Positions 59,986 to 64,000 of a stretch of 64,000 bases of DNA are shown here, one piece after another (the first letter of the stretch is position 1; each line of letters begins with the position of its first letter). This DNA is from an uncultured Gemmatimonadales bacterium (GTDB lineage Bacteria > Gemmatimonadota > Gemmatimonadetes > Gemmatimonadales > GWC2-71-9). The stretch lies in NCBI GenBank assembly GCA_963812755.1, contig CAWEWK010000015.1, forward strand, positions 40,590-104,589, written 5' to 3'. The position numbers and the translations under genes are program-made. Below the pieces are notes generated by a model that saw only the letters and a program-made list of their open reading frames with translations, did no database searches and had not been told where the DNA came from.

Positions 59986-61115
59986 TCCCGACCCCAGTAG
60001 ATCGGGTTGCGCAGGAGCGCCGGCAGGCGGGGCAACGCGAGCCCGAAGGCGACCGCCATCGTAAGCGCCAGCGCCAGGAGCGGGCTGCCGGCGGCCTCGG
60101 GCGCGCCGACGGTGACTCCGGCGCGAACCAGGCCCATGGCGTGGGTGAGCGGGAGCGCCTCGGCCCAGATGCGGGCCCCGAGCGGCATGGCGGCGAGCGG
60201 AAACGTGACCCCGCTGAACGCCGCCGCGGGGGCGAAGATCAGCGCGCCCGGCCCCACAGTCTTTCTCAGATTCGCAGTCCACGCGATGAGCAGAAGGCCA
60301 AACGCCTGGATGGCGAGCACAGAGGCGGCCACGGCGACGACCAGCAGCCAGGCCGGCCCGCGTACCGGAATGCCGTACCAGATCGTGTAACCCCCGAGGA
60401 GCACGACCACCAACAGGCAGTGCAACACGGTGTACGTCCCGAGCTTTCCGAGCCACGCCACGACAGTCGAGCCCCCCGCCGCGTCGAGCCACTCCGGGGC
60501 AGTCCCGTCGGCCAGCTCGCGACCGACGGCGTAGATAGTCGCGAGGCCGATCACGACGTGGAGCAGCCCGCCGATCAAGAGAAAGCCCAGGGCCTGAGCG
60601 TAGCTCGCCGCGGGATTGAACAGCGTCCGCAAGTCCAGCCGGATCGGCGACGGCTCCCGGCCGCTCAGGGCCGTGAGCCGCGCGGCCGCCGTAGAAGCTC
60701 CCCGGGAAACATCGGCCGACACGTTGCCGCCTGCGGTGAGATACTCCTCGTTGTAGAGGAACGTGACGTGGGGCGAACGACCCCGGAGCAGGTCGCGCTC
60801 GAAGTGGCGCGGGACCACCAGCACACCGTAGACCTGCCGCTCGAGCACGGCCGACCGCGCGGCCCCCAGATCCTCGACGTGGCCCGCCAATCGCGCGCCC
60901 CGGGTCGCCTCGAGCCAGCGCGTGGCAGTGCGCGAGGTGGCGCTCCGGTCGAGGTCGAGCACGGCTACGGGCAGCTCGCGAACCACCTCGGACGAGAACA
61001 CGCCCACGAGCAACAGGGTCATCGCCGTCGGGACGGGCCCCAGCAGCGACCAGAGCACGGGCAGGCCGCGGAGGCGCCGGAGCTCCCGGCGCGCGACCTC
61101 GGCCACGCCGCTCAT
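59982..61115 (-). CDS. ABC-2 family permease
   Basis: LPVAVLDLDRS, LFNPAASY, FSGVTFP, LPLTH. Confidence 0.9.
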   Translation of the reverse strand: MSGVAEVARRELRRLRGLPVLWSLLGPVPTAMTLLLVGVFSSEVVRELPVAVLDLDRSATSRTATRWLEATRGARLAGHVEDLGAARSAVLERQVYGVLVVPRHFERDLLRGRSPHVTFLYNEEYLTAGGNVSADVSRGASTAAARLTALSGREPSPIRLDLRTLFNPAASYAQALGFLLIGGLLHVVIGLATIYAVGRELADGTAPEWLDAAGGSTVVAWLGKLGTYTVLHCLLVVVLLGGYTIWYGIPVRGPAWLLVVAVAASVLAIQAFGLLLIAWTANLRKTVGPGALIFAPAAAFSGVTFPLAAMPLGARIWAEALPLTHAMGLVRAGVTVGAPEAAGSPLLALALTMAVAFGLALPRLPALLRNPIYWGRE

Positions 61116-62068
61116 CACCGCGCTCTCGTGGGCCACTGCACCAGCGCGCTCATCCCTGGCCGGAGCGCCGGGAGCGCCTGGATCGGTCGCGCGCGCACCT
61201 CGAATGTGCGCACGTCGAAGCCCCCCGCCTCGCGGGTCGCCCGCCAAGTTGCGAAGGAGCCCAGCGGGGAGATGTAGTACACCTTGAACGGACGCACCGC
61301 CGAATCCACCGCTGGGATGGTAGCAAGCAGGCTATCGCCGATCCGAAGTCCCGCGAGACGATCCTCATGGAGGTTGAGCGTGATCCATTGGTCCGAGAGG
61401 TCAATGATCGTGATCACCGGTTGGCCCGGTGAGACCAGCTCGCCCTGCTCCACGATCTTGAGCAGCACCTGGCCGTTCACCGCGGAGCGCAGCTCGTTCT
61501 CGCTCACGTAGCTCTCGGCCTCGGCGACCGCTCCCTCCGCGCGGCGCAGGTCGGCGGACGCCGCGGCGCGGTCCTCGCTCCGGGCGCCGGCGGTCGCCAG
61601 ATCATACTGCGCCTTCGCGGCCTCGGCCCCCTCGCGGCTCGCGCGTAGCGAGGCCTCCGCCTCGTCTCGCTTCTGCAGCGGCACGACGCCCTCGCGCTGG
61701 AGCCGGTCCAGCCGCGCGTAGGTCGTCTCCGCGATGGTGGCCGATGCGACCGCGCGGAGCCAGTTGTTTCGCGCAGCCCGGATATCCTCCTCTCGGGAGC
61801 CGCTCCGCGCCTTGTCCCGGATCGCCCGCGCTGCGTCGCGCGCCGCCAAGGCCTGCGCTGCCTTGGCGCGAATCTCCGGGCCGTCGAGCGTCGCCACGAG
61901 CTGCCCGCGCTGGACGCTGTCGCCCTCCAGGACGTAGAGCGAGTCCACCCGGCCAGGGACCTTGGTCGCCACGTTGACCTGCTTCGCATCGGTCTCGCCT
62001 TGAAGCGTGACAGAGTCGCGGCCGCAGGCTGCGAGGAAGAGCATGCCAAGCAGAAGGCGCGCGTTCAT
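61115..62068 (-). CDS. HlyD family adaptor
   Basis: VATKVPGRV..L.VLEGD, GELVSPG, FATWRAT..AGGFDVRTFEVR, LRPGMS. Confidence 0.93.
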   Translation of the reverse strand: MNARLLLGMLFLAACGRDSVTLQGETDAKQVNVATKVPGRVDSLYVLEGDSVQRGQLVATLDGPEIRAKAAQALAARDAARAIRDKARSGSREEDIRAARNNWLRAVASATIAETTYARLDRLQREGVVPLQKRDEAEASLRASREGAEAAKAQYDLATAGARSEDRAAASADLRRAEGAVAEAESYVSENELRSAVNGQVLLKIVEQGELVSPGQPVITIIDLSDQWITLNLHEDRLAGLRIGDSLLATIPAVDSAVRPFKVYYISPLGSFATWRATREAGGFDVRTFEVRARPIQALPALRPGMSALVQWPTRAR

Positions 62069-63435
62069 TGGCCTATGTACTCCGGAAGGCGGTTACTCTC
62101 GCCGCTCGCCTCCAGCAGGCGAGCCAGCGCTACCACCGCGTCGTATTGGGCGTTGAGCCTCTCGACCTGGATCCGCGACCGCGCCAGCTCAGCGTCCACG
62201 ACCTCGAGCGAAGTGCCGACACCCTCGGCAAAGGCGCGTTGCTCCGAGCGGAGGCTCTCTTCGGCGAGGTCGACCGAGGTCTGCAGCGCCGTGTACTGGT
62301 CGACCGCCGAGACGTACTCGTCATAGCGAGACTGCACCAACGTGGCCACGTCCCGGCGGGCGCCTTCGTGCCGCGTGCCGACCTCCCGTTCCGCCAGTCT
62401 GGCCGCCGCTACCCGATGCTCACGCCCGAAGCCATCGAACAGCTTCCACTGGAGCTCGGCCCCCACGAGCCACTTGGGGTCGGTCGTCGTGTTGAGGCGC
62501 CTCTGGAACAGTTCAGCCTGGCCGAAGAGTCGAAGCGCGGGCAGGTATTCGGCCTTGGCGGCGGACGTTCCTTGCCGGCTCTGCTCCTTGAGGGCGGCGA
62601 GGCGCCGGAGGTCGGCATTGGCGCTATCCGCTGTCGCGGCAAACCGCTCCCGGGGTTCCAGCGTGGGCGCGGCCGGGAGCGGCGTCACCGGATCCACGTC
62701 CTGGTCGCTGCCCACAGTGGCTCGGAGGGCCGCGGAGGCGAGGGCCACATCACGGACCGCCACCTTGTAGTCGCGATCCGCCTCCGCTCGGGCCACCTGG
62801 GCCCGAAGCGACTCCGTGCGGGCGATCTGGCCGGCCTGCTGGAGCCGCTCGGCGTCCTCCACGTGACGGTTCAGGGTTTCCAGCGCCTGCTTTCTCACGT
62901 TCAGGACGTCGGCGGCCAGTCGCCGCTTGAAGTAGCGGTCCGCCAGCTCGGTGGTGAGCGCATGGTGAGAGCTGCCCCGATCCGCATCGGCCGCATCGAG
63001 CCCGGCCTCGGCCGCGCGATTCGCGGCCCGGATGCGCCCGCCGGCAAATACCGTCCAACTCGCGTTGACGGTAGCCTTGAGCGGGTCGTTCCTGAGCACC
63101 GTGGCGCGGAGCGGCGGAATCGACGCGCCGGGGTTGAGCGCGCTCAGGAGGTCATGGAGCGGAGTGAGATCTACGAACAGCTCGTCGTTCAGATGCGCAT
63201 AGCGGCCCACGACGCCGAAGGTCGGCCAGTAGAGGCCCCGTTGCTCGGCCCGAGTTTCCTGCGCCCGGCCGACCGAGAGATCGGCGGCTCGCCAGCGCTC
63301 GTTGCGCTGGGTGACCATGTCCAAGGCCTCGCGGAAGGTGACTGGCGTCTGAGCGGCGGCCATCGCGGCTCCTCCGATTGGAGATAGGCCGCAGAGACCG
63401 GTGCACAGGAGACCATAGGGAACGAGTCGCATCAC
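62065..63435 (-). CDS. TolC family protein
   Basis: WTVFAGGRI, AEYLP, WKLFDG, AFAEGVGTSLEVVDA. Confidence 0.92.
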   Translation of the reverse strand: MMRLVPYGLLCTGLCGLSPIGGAAMAAAQTPVTFREALDMVTQRNERWRAADLSVGRAQETRAEQRGLYWPTFGVVGRYAHLNDELFVDLTPLHDLLSALNPGASIPPLRATVLRNDPLKATVNASWTVFAGGRIRAANRAAEAGLDAADADRGSSHHALTTELADRYFKRRLAADVLNVRKQALETLNRHVEDAERLQQAGQIARTESLRAQVARAEADRDYKVAVRDVALASAALRATVGSDQDVDPVTPLPAAPTLEPRERFAATADSANADLRRLAALKEQSRQGTSAAKAEYLPALRLFGQAELFQRRLNTTTDPKWLVGAELQWKLFDGFGREHRVAAARLAEREVGTRHEGARRDVATLVQSRYDEYVSAVDQYTALQTSVDLAEESLRSEQRAFAEGVGTSLEVVDAELARSRIQVERLNAQYDAVVALARLLEASGESNRLPEYIGQ

Positions 63436-63478
63436 TCGGGGTTGCGCTCCCGCCGATCAGGGCGAGTAACGGGTGATC

Positions 63479-64000
63479 TCATGCGCCCGCCGTCGCCGCG
63501 ACGCGCGACGACTTGGTTGCGGCACTCTCGGCGGCGGGTGCTACCGCGGGCATGAGCACGGCACGACCGACCAGGCGTCCGTGCTCGAAATCGTCGTACG
63601 CCTGCTTCGCCGCGCTCAGGGGATAGCGGTCCACCAGGACCTTGAGCCGGCCGAGGGCGGCCAGGTCCACGACCTCCATCAGCGCGACGCTGCCGCCGTT
63701 CAGGCTCGTCGCCAGCTGCGAGCCGGGAGGCATCTTGAAGAAGTCGAACGGAATCGATCCGCCGCCCGCGCCGACCATGGTGAGACGGCCGCGCCAGGAG
63801 AGGGCCGCGACCCCGGTGGCGAGGGTCGGGTTGATGCCCACGCAATCCAGGACGAATGTCGCGCCGACCCCGCCGCTGAGCTCGCGAATCTGTTTCGCAG
63901 CATCAGGACCGCTCGGGACGACGTCGTCGGCCCCGTGCTCGCGAGCCAGCTTCAGTCTGGCTTCGGTCGAGTCGACCGCGACGACGCGGGCGCCGGTCAG
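63479..64000 (-). CDS. Zn-dependent (MDR) alcohol dehydrogenase, 3' part (runs off window)
   Basis: RVVAVD...LAREHGADDVV...FVLDCVG...GRLTMVG...GRLVGRAVL. Confidence 0.85.
   Translation of the reverse strand: MTGARVVAVDSTEARLKLAREHGADDVVPSGPDAAKQIRELSGGVGATFVLDCVGINPTLATGVAALSWRGRLTMVGAGGGSIPFDFFKMPPGSQLATSLNGGSVALMEVVDLAALGRLKVLVDRYPLSAAKQAYDDFEHGRLVGRAVLMPAVAPAAESAATKSSRVAATAGA

Noticed and set aside
9814-63387. Long antisense or alternate-frame ORFs (e.g. 9814..10707, 18935..20470, 36394..38157, 50361..52208, 62068..63387)
   Set aside because: These are shadow ORFs of well-supported genes in high-GC DNA and carry no recognisable motifs.

Overview
High-GC bacterial chromosomal window. The membrane-anchored kinase-TPR architectures and lipoprotein families suggest Gemmatimonadota (inference). 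No rRNA, tRNA, CRISPR array, integrase or transposase was recognised. Layout: (i) 0.7-2.8 kb, a decayed integron-like cassette array (attC half-sites, small genes, an internally deleted gene); (ii) 2.9-4.3 kb, a helical hypothetical protein next to degenerate 21-bp periodic arrays; (iii) 6.6-34 kb, an envelope/efflux cluster (NarL-type two-component system, mprF-acvB, sulfocyanin-like protein, Omp85, RND and EmrAB-TolC pumps, PAP2) whose intergenic regions share a TCCCCCG-N2-CGGGGGA palindrome; (iv) 36-43.5 kb, a Ser/Thr kinase-TPR gene converging on a broad-spectrum mer operon; (v) 43.6-57.6 kb, an ackA-phosphoketolase-glucokinase-pgm and redox cluster containing an orphan TIR gene; (vi) DcaP porin, TolC-HlyD-ABC2 permeases and an ADH fragment. 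Best leads are two in-frame UGA codons, each in a redox-type motif and each immediately followed by a SECIS-like hairpin: CPI-U in the kinase-TPR protein, and U-GIC in a thioredoxin-like lipoprotein occupying the merP position of the mer operon. Both are candidate selenoproteins. About eight single-base frameshifts in otherwise intact genes probably reflect sequencing error. All family names come from motif recognition; no database search was run.
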